IMG/VR virus record: IMGVR_UViG_3300045988_028139 | Length of the DNA: 49,037 bases | DNA from: a virus | Direction: 5' to 3' (one strand) | Shown: one piece after another, positions 42,567 through 49,037 of the stretch | Layout of the letters: every line of letters starts with the position of its first letter | Numbering within the stretch: position 1 is the first letter of the stretch | Notes under the pieces: generated by a model | Database searches by the model: none | What the model was told of the DNA's origin: nothing | The model's input: the letters and a program-made list of their open reading frames with translations, nothing else | Position numbers and translations under genes: made by a program

Positions 42567-43610
42567 TTAGGCCCCCAAAAGGGCGTCCATTTGCTCTTGA
42601 AATACTGCACTGGCTGGCAAAAATCCGAGGATCTTCCGCGGGTAGTTGTTCAGCCAGTTTGTTATTGTCTGGATCACTTCGGCACCGATCTCGTCGAAGT
42701 TCGTCCCCTTTGGCAGCCAGCGGCGGATCATCTTGTTGAGGTTCTCGTTACTTCCGCGCTCGTATGAGCTGTACGGGTGGCAGTAGTAGCACTTCGTCCG
42801 GGATCCCTCCGCCAGTATGCTGCGCTCTATGCCGGGGCAGTCCGCAAACTCGCTGCCGTTGTCTACGGTGATCGTTTGGAACACGCGAGGAAAAAACTCG
42901 CCCCATTCCTTTTCCAGATCGTCGAGGGCTTGCACTACGCTGGCCGCGCTCTTGTCCGGGAGCTTGGCCGTGATCTCGTTACGGGTGAGCCTCTCGGTCA
43001 GGACGAGGATCGCAGCCTTGCCCGGTCTGGCACTCACTACAGTGTCCATTTCCCAGTGCCCGAAGGTGGAACGCTCGCCGATTATCTCCGGGCGTTTTTC
43101 TATACTTTCGCCTTTCGGCGCGCGCTTCTGAGTCTGTACCTTGTGGTAGCTGCGCTTCTTGTCACCCTTGACCGGGAGGTCTTTGTTTGTGAGTCTGAGG
43201 AAGATCCCCTTCTCGATATAACTGTAAATGGTGTTTTTGCTCTTGATCTCTATGTTGAACTGGAGCCCTTGCGCCTTGATTTCTCCCAGCACGGCCTCCG
43301 GGCTGTACTTTTCGTCTGCGATCTTGGTTTCTATATATTCAGCGAGGCGGCGATCGTTTCCGATTTTCAGGTCGGCGCCTTTGGCCGCAAGGTTGGCCCG
43401 GTATTTCATTTCGCTGAGGTCTGAACTGTATCGGGTTTCCTCTGTCCAGTCACTATTCCGGTGCGTGTACTGTCCGCGCTGCAGCTCGCGGTATATTGTG
43501 CTAATATGTACGCCGACAACTTCTGCGATCTCTTTCGGAGTCTTGCCGTCATTGTTCAGGGTTTCGATCCGGATCCTGTCGGATTTACTTAAGTGTTTGA
43601 ATCTTCTCAT
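42567..43610 (-). CDS. IS30-family DDE transposase/integrase (start ATG at 43610)
   Basis: 347 aa. N-terminal HTH, HWEMDTV, TVDNGSEF, YSSYERGSNENLN (DDE) and NNYPRKILG. I found no flanking terminal inverted repeats. Confidence 0.85.
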   Translation of the reverse strand: MRRFKHLSKSDRIRIETLNNDGKTPKEIAEVVGVHISTIYRELQRGQYTHRNSDWTEETRYSSDLSEMKYRANLAAKGADLKIGNDRRLAEYIETKIADEKYSPEAVLGEIKAQGLQFNIEIKSKNTIYSYIEKGIFLRLTNKDLPVKGDKKRSYHKVQTQKRAPKGESIEKRPEIIGERSTFGHWEMDTVVSARPGKAAILVLTERLTRNEITAKLPDKSAASVVQALDDLEKEWGEFFPRVFQTITVDNGSEFADCPGIERSILAEGSRTKCYYCHPYSSYERGSNENLNKMIRRWLPKGTNFDEIGAEVIQTITNWLNNYPRKILGFLPASAVFQEQMDALLGA

Positions 43611-43624
43611 GGGTTTACCTCCAA

Positions 43625-43660
43625 TATACAAAAAATGAGGGGCAGCCGAAGCCGCCCCCT
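43625..43660 (-). terminator. Rho-independent terminator (UUCG loop)
   Basis: AGGGGGCGGC-UUCG-GCUGCCCCUC followed by AUUUUUUGUAU on the minus-strand RNA. Confidence 0.75.
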
Positions 43661-43674
43661 TGAATGTGTGGTGC

Positions 43675-43935
43675 TTATTTCTCATACTCTGCTAAAAGCT
43701 CGGACGTTTCCGCGTCTGTCACTATATCTGAGAGTTTACAACTCAGTGCTTTACAGATCCGCAGCAGCGTGGAGAGCTGCGCCTTGCTTATATCCCGGTC
43801 GCCCTGTTCGTATTTCTGATACATTCGGACGTTTACCCCGGCGGCTTCCGCGAGCTGCGACTGGGAGAGGCCAGCGGCCTGTCTGAGCTTTTGCAGTTTT
43901 TCGTTTTTATAATTTACCTTTACCGTGATTTCCAT
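43675..43935 (-). CDS. XRE-family HTH regulator (Cro-like position)
   Basis: 86 aa. LRQAAGLSQSQLAEAAGVNVRMYQKYEQGDRDI. Confidence 0.8.
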   Translation of the reverse strand: MEITVKVNYKNEKLQKLRQAAGLSQSQLAEAAGVNVRMYQKYEQGDRDISKAQLSTLLRICKALSCKLSDIVTDAETSELLAEYEK

Positions 43936-43961
43936 GTGTCGGCCTCCTTCTTGACTTTGTT

Positions 43962-43999
43962 GTAGCCGGTGGATATAATAAAGGCGGTGGGTGGGATTT
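43962..43999 (-). terminator. Rho-independent terminator in the early leader
   Basis: GGCGGUGGG-9 nt-CCCACCGCC followed by UUUAUUAU. Confidence 0.62.
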
Positions 44000-44015
44000 T
44001 CCCACCGCCGAGCCT

Positions 44016-44141
44016 TTAGGACTGCTTAGGTTTTTGATTTGGCTTTATTGTTATCGTGATCCGTTCCACCGCTTCACTTCTTAAAGCCTTTTCGAGAACT
44101 TCGAGCAGTTCTTTTGTTTGCTTTTCTTTCTGTTCGTCCAC
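44016..44141 (-). CDS. Small leader ORF (41 aa, GTG start)
   Basis: RBS GGAGGA 7 nt upstream. MDEQKEKQTKELLEVLEKALRSEAVERITITIKPNQKPKQS. It lies between the early promoter and a terminator. Confidence 0.35.
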   Translation of the reverse strand: MDEQKEKQTKELLEVLEKALRSEAVERITITIKPNQKPKQS

Positions 44142-44215
44142 CGTTGTGTCCTCCTTTCGTTTCTTCTGTTTTCCTCCTTTTTTCTTACTCAGGTTTTCCC
44201 TTACCTTGTAATATT

Positions 44216-44244
44216 ATTATACACCTACGGGTGTATATAGTCAA
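44216..44244 (-). promoter_or_regulatory. Consensus sigma70 early promoter TTGACT-17 nt-TATAAT with the palindrome TATACACC-CGTA-GGTGTATA in the spacer and -10 region
   Basis: Read on the minus strand; the inverted repeat spans 44218-44237. Confidence 0.7.
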
Positions 44245-44300
44245 GCTCATTTCCTATATTTTCGCGTTTTTTTGCATAAAAAAAGAGACGTTTTCACGCC

Positions 44301-44576
44301 TCATTTTTCATATTCCAGAAGTGTGCAAACGGGCACGTCGAGCACCGTTGCGAAATAATTTAGCTCGAAGTCTGGCACAACGCGGTCGCCGGTTTCGATC
44401 CGACTCACTGCTTTCTGATTCAGATTCAGCCCGGCCAGTTGCAACTTGGCAGCGAGCTGTTCCTGAGATATTCCCGCCTTTTCACGGAGGGCCCGGATCG
44501 CAGGGCCGGAGGCGTTGCACGTTCCATTTGTGTGCTTGTAGAGTTTCAACCTTTCACCCTCCTTTATCCCAAACAT
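44301..44576 (-). CDS. XRE-family HTH regulator (repressor candidate)
   Basis: 91 aa. IRALREKAGISQEQLAAKLQLAGLNLNQKAVSRIETGDR. Monocistronic, with a weak hairpin and U-run after the stop. Confidence 0.78.
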   Translation of the reverse strand: MFGIKEGERLKLYKHTNGTCNASGPAIRALREKAGISQEQLAAKLQLAGLNLNQKAVSRIETGDRVVPDFELNYFATVLDVPVCTLLEYEK

Positions 44577-44580
44577 GACT
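44564..44580 (+). promoter_or_regulatory. 17-mer TTATCCCAAACATGACT, copy 1 (covers the start codon of 44301..44576)
   Basis: Exact repeat of 44619-44635. Confidence 0.8.
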
Positions 44581-44589
44581 GATAGCTTC

Positions 44590-44619
44590 TTGACTTTACC
44601 ATGGCCGGGCGCCTATAAT
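44590..44619 (+). promoter_or_regulatory. Sigma70-like promoter TTGACT-18 nt-TATAAT for the only plus-strand unit
   Basis: Read directly; flanked by the two 17-mer copies. Confidence 0.65.
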
Positions 44620-44635
44620 TATCCCAAACATGACT
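44619..44635 (+). promoter_or_regulatory. 17-mer TTATCCCAAACATGACT, copy 2 (abuts the -10 box)
   Basis: Exact repeat of copy 1. Confidence 0.8.
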
Positions 44636-44674
44636 AAAAGCGAATAAACGCAAAAAGAATTAGGAGGGCATGGC

Positions 44675-44803
44675 ATGGTTGGAAAGAAGGGCCCGTTCGG
44701 TGGGTTTTGTAATTATGGAATTTTTGGGATCTGGGGAAAAGATCCGGAGACAGGAAAGAAAAAGTACAAAAAGGTGGACGCTGTTTCAGAGTGGCAGCAG
44801 TAG
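44675..44803 (+). CDS. Small ORF (42 aa)
   Basis: AGGAGG lies 7 nt upstream of the ATG at 44675. MVGKKGPFGGFCNYGIFGIWGKDPETGKKKYKKVDAVSEWQQ. The listed ORF from 44670 has an RBS spacing of only 2 nt. Confidence 0.4.
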   Translation: MVGKKGPFGGFCNYGIFGIWGKDPETGKKKYKKVDAVSEWQQ

Positions 44804-45312
44804 AGAAGGCGGCAGCTCTTGGCTGCGTGGATCCGCAGAGCGTCGAGGTGATCCCGTTTCTCCCTCCGTCTGAAAAGCAGCAACGGTACGCCGCAGATCT
44901 TGGCGTTCGTCTGCCAGAAGGCTGCACGGTTGTGGACGCCACCGCGTTGCTCAGCAGGGCGGAGAATGGAAGCGATCAGGAACCCGCTCCCGGTCTTGTG
45001 GAGTACGCTCAGAGCTGTGGCGTTTGTTTCTCTACGCTGGCCGGAGAGGGTGGTCTGCTCGACTGTATGGTCTGCCAGCTTCCGATCAGGGAGAAGGCGA
45101 TCCTTTTCGCTCATGCGGTTGCTGCCAGTGTTTCCGGATCCGCTCTGGAGGATCCTCGAAAAGCTCCGCAGTATTTGAAGTTTTGCCAGTTTGCCGATCA
45201 GGTGGCGGGGGATCCTGCTCTTGCGAAGTCGGTAGAGGGCCGCGATCGCTACGACTTCCAGAAGCCAAACACGAGATCGAAGGCATACAAGGCGGCGCTG
45301 GCCTGCTTATAA
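44791..45312 (+). CDS. Hypothetical protein (GTG start), moron/immunity-side candidate
   Basis: 173-aa ORF overlapping the small ORF's end, followed by a bidirectional terminator. No motif recognised. Confidence 0.5.
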   Translation: MAAVEKAAALGCVDPQSVEVIPFLPPSEKQQRYAADLGVRLPEGCTVVDATALLSRAENGSDQEPAPGLVEYAQSCGVCFSTLAGEGGLLDCMVCQLPIREKAILFAHAVAASVSGSALEDPRKAPQYLKFCQFADQVAGDPALAKSVEGRDRYDFQKPNTRSKAYKAALACL

Positions 45313-45357
45313 AAAATAGCCCGGTAGGAGATAACACTCCCGCCGGGCTTTCTTTAT
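45311..45357. terminator. Bidirectional rho-independent terminator
   Basis: AGCCCGG-T-AGGAG-ATAACA-CTCC-CG-CCGGGCT, flanked by AAAAAAT on one side and TTCTTTAT on the other. Confidence 0.65.
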
Positions 45358-45377
45358 GTCCTGAACATGTCAGGGGC

Positions 45378-45905
45378 CTATTCTGTTTTAGATTCAGCGG
45401 CCGGAGCTTCGGCTGCGAGCTGCTGCACCGCAGTGGTGGCGATCGTTGCCGCTACGCTTGCCGCGGTTGTTGCTGCGTCGGCCGTTGCTGCCTTGATCTG
45501 GGACTCGCTGGCGACCTTGGTTTCTCTGCATACCTGCTCGATCTTGGTTTCGAGCCATGCGTCGAAGTCGCCGTAAATCTCACGGAGGGCGGCCACGGTT
45601 GTGTCGCCGAGGATCTCCAGTGTCTTGTTTTTGGACTTCTCGAAGGCTTCGAGCTGCTTCTCTTTTGTGAATTTGCCCTCAGCTTTCAGCGAGTCCGCGA
45701 ACGTCTGGGCTGTGTAGGCCACGGCCTGAGCTACGGCGTCCACTGCCATGTTCATGTATTTGGTGGCTGTCTCATTGTCCAGATCTTTCTCGATCTGGGC
45801 TGTCTGGCGTTTGAGCAGCGCCACGAGGTAGGCGCCACCGGCAGTAATGAGCAGGCAGAGGATCGGCGTCGCTGCGTTGAGGATCTGAGTCATAGTTTCG
45901 TTCAT
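45378..45905 (-). CDS. Holin-like protein (single N-terminal TM plus a long helical domain; LLH-type architecture)
   Basis: ILNAATPILCLLITAGGAYLVALL followed by a charged helical region; last gene of the lysis cassette. Confidence 0.45.
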   Translation of the reverse strand: MNETMTQILNAATPILCLLITAGGAYLVALLKRQTAQIEKDLDNETATKYMNMAVDAVAQAVAYTAQTFADSLKAEGKFTKEKQLEAFEKSKNKTLEILGDTTVAALREIYGDFDAWLETKIEQVCRETKVASESQIKAATADAATTAASVAATIATTAVQQLAAEAPAAESKTE

Positions 45906-46065
45906 GGTGTTGGTTCTCCTTTCTGTTTTCTCCCGGATAGTACGGGCAGTCTTTACAGTCTGTTGCGTCGCATGGTGAGCCGTCCCACTCCACGAGGGAG
46001 CGGATCCAGATCACATGGACGGCCACGGCCACGATCAGCAGCAGGACACTGGCAGCCGTGCTCAT
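45772..46065 (-). CDS. Small membrane protein overlapping the next gene by 134 nt
   Basis: MSTAASVLLLIVAVAVHVIWI...CDATDCKDCPYY; the start overlaps the endolysin stop. The true 3' extent is uncertain. Confidence 0.35.
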   Translation of the reverse strand: MSTAASVLLLIVAVAVHVIWIRSLVEWDGSPCDATDCKDCPYYPGENRKENQHHERNYDSDPQRSDADPLPAHYCRWRLPRGAAQTPDSPDRERSGQ

Positions 46066-47645
46066 TTTGAGACGTTGGCCGCGTCCACCCAGCCGTAGAC
46101 ATTGGACTGGCTGTCAGTGTGTACGATATGGGACGGGTGCTTTGCGCCCTTCACAATTCTGGTGACTTTGGCCGGGCCAGCTTTCGGAGATCCGGCAGCA
46201 GTTGAAGCTGCAGCGCTTCCGTAGTGAGGGCCACCAGAGAACTGAACCACGTCGCCGACTTTGATCTCAGAGCTTGCAGATCCGGCAGCGTTTCCGCCGT
46301 CGGTCGTTACGATTGCGTCGAAGCCCTTCGCTTTCAGCTTTTTGACTTCGGCGTCGGCGTTTGCTTTCTTGGAGTAGGCGCCGGTCTGTACCTTGTAGAA
46401 GCCGCCGGACTGTTTGAGAATGGCGTCAAAACCGGCAGCCTTCACCTTTTTGAGCTGAGCGTCGGCGTTTGCTTTCTGCTTATAGGCGCCGGTCTGGACG
46501 TAGTATTTCACGCCGGAACCGCCGGACGGGGTATTATTTCCGCCGGAGTTGCCGGAGTCAGTAGAGCCGAGCAGTGCGTTGATTCTGTCGGCGAGCTCCC
46601 CATATCTGGAATAAAGCCAGTCGCCGGGGCACGATTTATTCGCGAACCAGCGGTGCGCGGTGAGGACGATCTCGTTCGCCTTCGGCTCGTATGCGAGAGC
46701 CTTCTCCTTGCTGCCGAGCCAGAGCACCTTCGTTTTTCCGTTTCTCTTGCAGATGTCAGCGCAGAGCTTGATCAGTTTCTCATAAACTGCGGATTTCATG
46801 GCGTATGGTTCGGCCTTATCGCTGGCGCACTCGATCGTGATCGCTCGCTGGTCATTTGCGTTGCTGGAGCTGCACCAGCTCCGGTTGCACTCGTCCACGA
46901 TCAGGCAGACGCGGCCGTCGTACCCGATCCCGTAGTTGCAACTTGCGTCCCTGCCTTTAGGGAAGCAGGCGCCGATCGTTTCGGCAGATAACTGGCCGAC
47001 TACGCAGTGTGGCGTCAGGCGGTCGATCGAGTGGGTTCTCTTTCCACTGTGGTTAGGGCTGTAAACTGTGCAGTCCACTAATGAACTATTGCTCATGGTT
47101 TTACCTCCTTGTGTGTCGTTGGTTGTCTTGGTAGCGTATTTGTTGAAGTAGGTCTGCCCGTAGCTGGCCCGCTTTGTCTGGACGCTGGCGCTCTGATCCT
47201 TTGGCTGTTCATATTTGAGCAGCACGGCGTCGGAAGCTTGTCTCACGCTGGTGGCTTTTTTCAGCACGGCCAGCACCGCGGCGTAGCTTTCGGCGAGTTC
47301 TTTCCAGAGGAAGCCGAGCTGAGTTTCCAGATCTCCGATCGAGGCACCGGCAGCCTTGACATAATTCAGGAGCGCCTCCTTGCGGCTCCAGAATGTCCAC
47401 TGCGCGAGGCCGTAGCCTGCGGAGTCATGCACGAAGCCGGTATACTTTCCGGAGTCCACCGCGTCGGTGTAGTCGTCGTCTGTATAGCCGAGCTTTTTCT
47501 CGTAGGTGTTCTGGAGGTTGTGAGGGTTGAGCCCGCTCTCCGCGAACAGGTTCCCCATGAGTCCGGCGGCCCCGTATGAGTTCAGGCCCTTGCCGGTGAG
47601 GAAATTCCAGATCTTTTCCTCGTTGTTTTTTCCAATGAGTGACAT
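46062..47645 (-). CDS. Multidomain endolysin: lysozyme-like N-domain, Amidase_2-type amidase, SPOR domain and SH3-like C-terminus
   Basis: GAAGLMGNLFAESGLNP...GYGLAQWT; HSIDRLTPHCVVG...ITIECASD...LTAHRWF..KSCPG; YYVQTGAYKQKANADAQLKKVKAAGFDA; IKVGDVVQF... Confidence 0.85.
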   Translation of the reverse strand: MSLIGKNNEEKIWNFLTGKGLNSYGAAGLMGNLFAESGLNPHNLQNTYEKKLGYTDDDYTDAVDSGKYTGFVHDSAGYGLAQWTFWSRKEALLNYVKAAGASIGDLETQLGFLWKELAESYAAVLAVLKKATSVRQASDAVLLKYEQPKDQSASVQTKRASYGQTYFNKYATKTTNDTQGGKTMSNSSLVDCTVYSPNHSGKRTHSIDRLTPHCVVGQLSAETIGACFPKGRDASCNYGIGYDGRVCLIVDECNRSWCSSSNANDQRAITIECASDKAEPYAMKSAVYEKLIKLCADICKRNGKTKVLWLGSKEKALAYEPKANEIVLTAHRWFANKSCPGDWLYSRYGELADRINALLGSTDSGNSGGNNTPSGGSGVKYYVQTGAYKQKANADAQLKKVKAAGFDAILKQSGGFYKVQTGAYSKKANADAEVKKLKAKGFDAIVTTDGGNAAGSASSEIKVGDVVQFSGGPHYGSAAASTAAGSPKAGPAKVTRIVKGAKHPSHIVHTDSQSNVYGWVDAANVSK

Positions 47646-47656
47646 GTTCCACCTCC

Positions 47657-48037
47657 TTAGAAGTCGTTGAAGTTGTCCGCCTCTGGCTGCACGCCGTTGG
47701 CGTTCATCAATTTGATTTTGTTTTCAGCCTTGGCCTTCGTGTAGTAAAAACCGGTCGCGCTCGCCATTTCAGCGAACACGGCCGGGATCAGGTAGGCGAG
47801 GGCTGAGGCGTCCATGGTGGAGTAAATAATCCAGCAGGAAAAGACGGTAATTAAGATCGTCACGATTGAAACGCCGCAGAAAATAATTTTTGAAAATTCC
47901 ACCTTTTTGCTGGTGGCTGCAGCCTCTCTCATTTGTTTGATCCGCTTCCGGAGCCGACGGTTTTCGGCTGTCAGCTCTCGGATCCGTTCCTCCGGATCTG
48001 TTTCGGTTTCTACCGGTTCCAGTGTTTCCTCAGTCAT
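47657..48037 (-). CDS. Holin candidate (two TM segments)
   Basis: 126 aa with a charged N-terminus, then IIFCGVSIVTILITVFSCWIIY and LAYLIPAVFAEMASATGFYY. Confidence 0.5.
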   Translation of the reverse strand: MTEETLEPVETETDPEERIRELTAENRRLRKRIKQMREAAATSKKVEFSKIIFCGVSIVTILITVFSCWIIYSTMDASALAYLIPAVFAEMASATGFYYTKAKAENKIKLMNANGVQPEADNFNDF

Positions 48038-48049
48038 GGTGTCACCTCC

Positions 48050-48406
48050 TTAGCTTTCATAAATAGATTCGATCCCCTGCCTCGTCAGGAAGTCCTTCTG
48101 CTCATGTTTGACCTTGGCGGCATAGTCGAGGGCCGCGTGCATATCACCGTTGCAGTGGGCGTCCGGGATCCGCTGCACGGCTCTGGCCGTGGCTTCTCCG
48201 AGGGCGATCGCAGCGTTCACTCCCTGCACTAAAAAAAGCTCCTGCTGTTCGTGGAGCTTTTCGCGCTTGTCCTGAGCTTCTCGTCGCTGTTTTTCTTCCT
48301 TCTCCAGTTTCTTGCTCTGTTTCTGGATTTTCTGCTCGATACACCAGAAGCAGAACCCAGTGATCGCCGAAGGAAGGCAGGCGATCAAAACTGATTCAAT
48401 TCCCAT
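48050..48406 (-). CDS. Membrane/coiled-coil protein, first gene of the lysis cassette (internal start ATG at 48406)
   Basis: RBS GGAGGTGA; MGIESVLIACLPSAITGFCFWCI...; the start overlaps the RT stop by 22 nt. Confidence 0.5.
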   Translation of the reverse strand: MGIESVLIACLPSAITGFCFWCIEQKIQKQSKKLEKEEKQRREAQDKREKLHEQQELFLVQGVNAAIALGEATARAVQRIPDAHCNGDMHAALDYAAKVKHEQKDFLTRQGIESIYES

Positions 48407-49037
48407 TGTGTCACCTCCTGCGGCAGCTCTATGTCTGCCATTTCTTTGCGTTTGAAAATAATATTTTTCTCGATCCATTTCTGGAGCCCGTGAGTGGAGC
48501 AGTGGCCCATAAGTCCGAAGTAGCTCTGCATGGTCGCGTCTACCGCGTCGAAGTCGATCAGCACGGCCTCGTACTCTTTCGCTATGTAGCGCATACGTGC
48601 CTTCATTTTCTTGACCGACTGAGCTGTCGGTTTGCGGTACCCCGGATAGATTCGGCAGCCCACGAAGGTGATCCCGTGCTTGACGAGTCCGATCGTGGTT
48701 TTGCTGTTCAATTCGAGGTGCAGGACTTCGTTCAGATACTTCTCGATCGCAACCCTCCACCGGTTCAGTGTGGCCGCGTCAGGATAGAGCAGCGCCATGT
48801 CGTCCATGTATCTGTCGTAAAAATGGGCTTTCAGCTCGTGCTTGATATACTGATCCAGCTCATTGAGGCAGACGTTCGCGAGTAGCTGGCTCGTGAGGTT
48901 TCCGATCGGCATACCTACCTCGAACAGTCTTTCAGACGGTGGGATCTCGTCGGCGGACTTTCCCGGAGGCAGTCCAAAGGGTGTATGGTCGCAATTTATA
49001 ATCGTTTCCATAAGCCAGAGGTAGCCGTCCTCGTTCG
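48385..49037 (-). CDS. DGR reverse transcriptase, C-terminal part (continuation of 548..1)
   Basis: GMPIGNLTSQLLANVCLNELD, the YMDDMALL (YxDD) box and GITFVGCRIY. 48983-49037 duplicates 1-55. Confidence 0.93.
   Translation of the reverse strand, partial: NEDGYLWLMETIINCDHTPFGLPPGKSADEIPPSERLFEVGMPIGNLTSQLLANVCLNELDQYIKHELKAHFYDRYMDDMALLYPDAATLNRWRVAIEKYLNEVLHLELNSKTTIGLVKHGITFVGCRIYPGYRKPTAQSVKKMKARMRYIAKEYEAVLIDFDAVDATMQSYFGLMGHCSTHGLQKWIEKNIIFKRKEMADIELPQEVTQWELNQF
48983..49037. repeat. Terminal duplication, copy 2 (identical to 1-55)
   Basis: Direct comparison of the two ends. Confidence 0.95.

Larger units (their letters stand above)
1..49037. mobile_element. Complete circular tailed-phage genome (temperate type), unique length 48982 bp
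   Basis: Head, contractile-tail, lysis, replication/recombination and lysogeny-control modules are all present. The 55-bp identical ends close the circle. Confidence 0.85.

Noticed and set aside
42437-43700. Calling a discrete IS30 insertion sequence
   Set aside because: I compared about 100 bp on each side of the transposase gene and found no terminal inverted repeats or target duplication. The only inverted repeats (42495-42548) lie on one side and enclose a promoter. Only the CDS is called, and the element's status is left open.
48050-48760. 236-aa ORF overlapping the 3' half of the RT in another frame
   Set aside because: The N-terminal 118 codons are Arg/Gly-rich shadow sequence with no RBS. 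An RBS-preceded ATG at 48406 gives a sensible TM protein, so only 48050..48406 is called.

Overview
The window is a complete, circularly closed genome of a tailed, temperate-type phage. Bases 1-55 repeat exactly at 48983-49037, so the unique length is 48,982 bp, and one gene (a reverse transcriptase) is split across the window ends. I call about 70 genes, all but two on the minus strand. In minus-strand transcription order the modules are as follows. (1) Lysogeny and early control near 44.6-43.7 kb: two XRE HTH genes and near-consensus sigma70 promoters with palindromes in their spacers. (2) An IS30-type DDE transposase plus an HTH-only paralog; I saw no tyrosine or serine integrase anywhere. 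(3) An early operon: a second DGR target, DnaQ-like exonuclease, SleB-like hydrolase, Gam-like protein, ERF, SSB, replisome organizer and loader, three DNA methyltransferases, a MazF-like toxin and RecU. (4) A sigma-r4-like late regulator. (5) A lambda-like head module: TerS, GpA-type TerL, gpW-like protein, portal, ClpP/S49 protease-scaffold, gpD-like protein and gpE-like capsid. (6) A P2/PBSX-like contractile tail and baseplate. (7) A complete diversity-generating retroelement (DGR). (8) A multi-gene lysis cassette. The standout is the DGR. One 114-bp template repeat matches two variable repeats, with 14/14 and 15/15 mismatches falling only at template adenines. One variable repeat ends a tail-fibre-position FGE/C-type-lectin-fold protein. 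The other lies about 9.5 kb away inside a paralog in the early operon, and there it is internal, followed by about 117 further codons. Other signals worth checking: a promoter-proximal 17-mer present three times on both strands, a dispersed 17-26-bp repeat plus iterons at a likely origin, a 165-nt tract almost free of A upstream of terS, phased A-tract repeats, an antitoxin-less MazF-like gene, high GATC density, and a likely tail-chaperone frameshift. All function calls rest on my own reading of motifs; no database search was run. A Firmicutes/Clostridia-like host is only an inference from AGGAGG-type ribosome-binding sites (RBS) and the RecU, G39P-like, PBSX-like and SPOR content.
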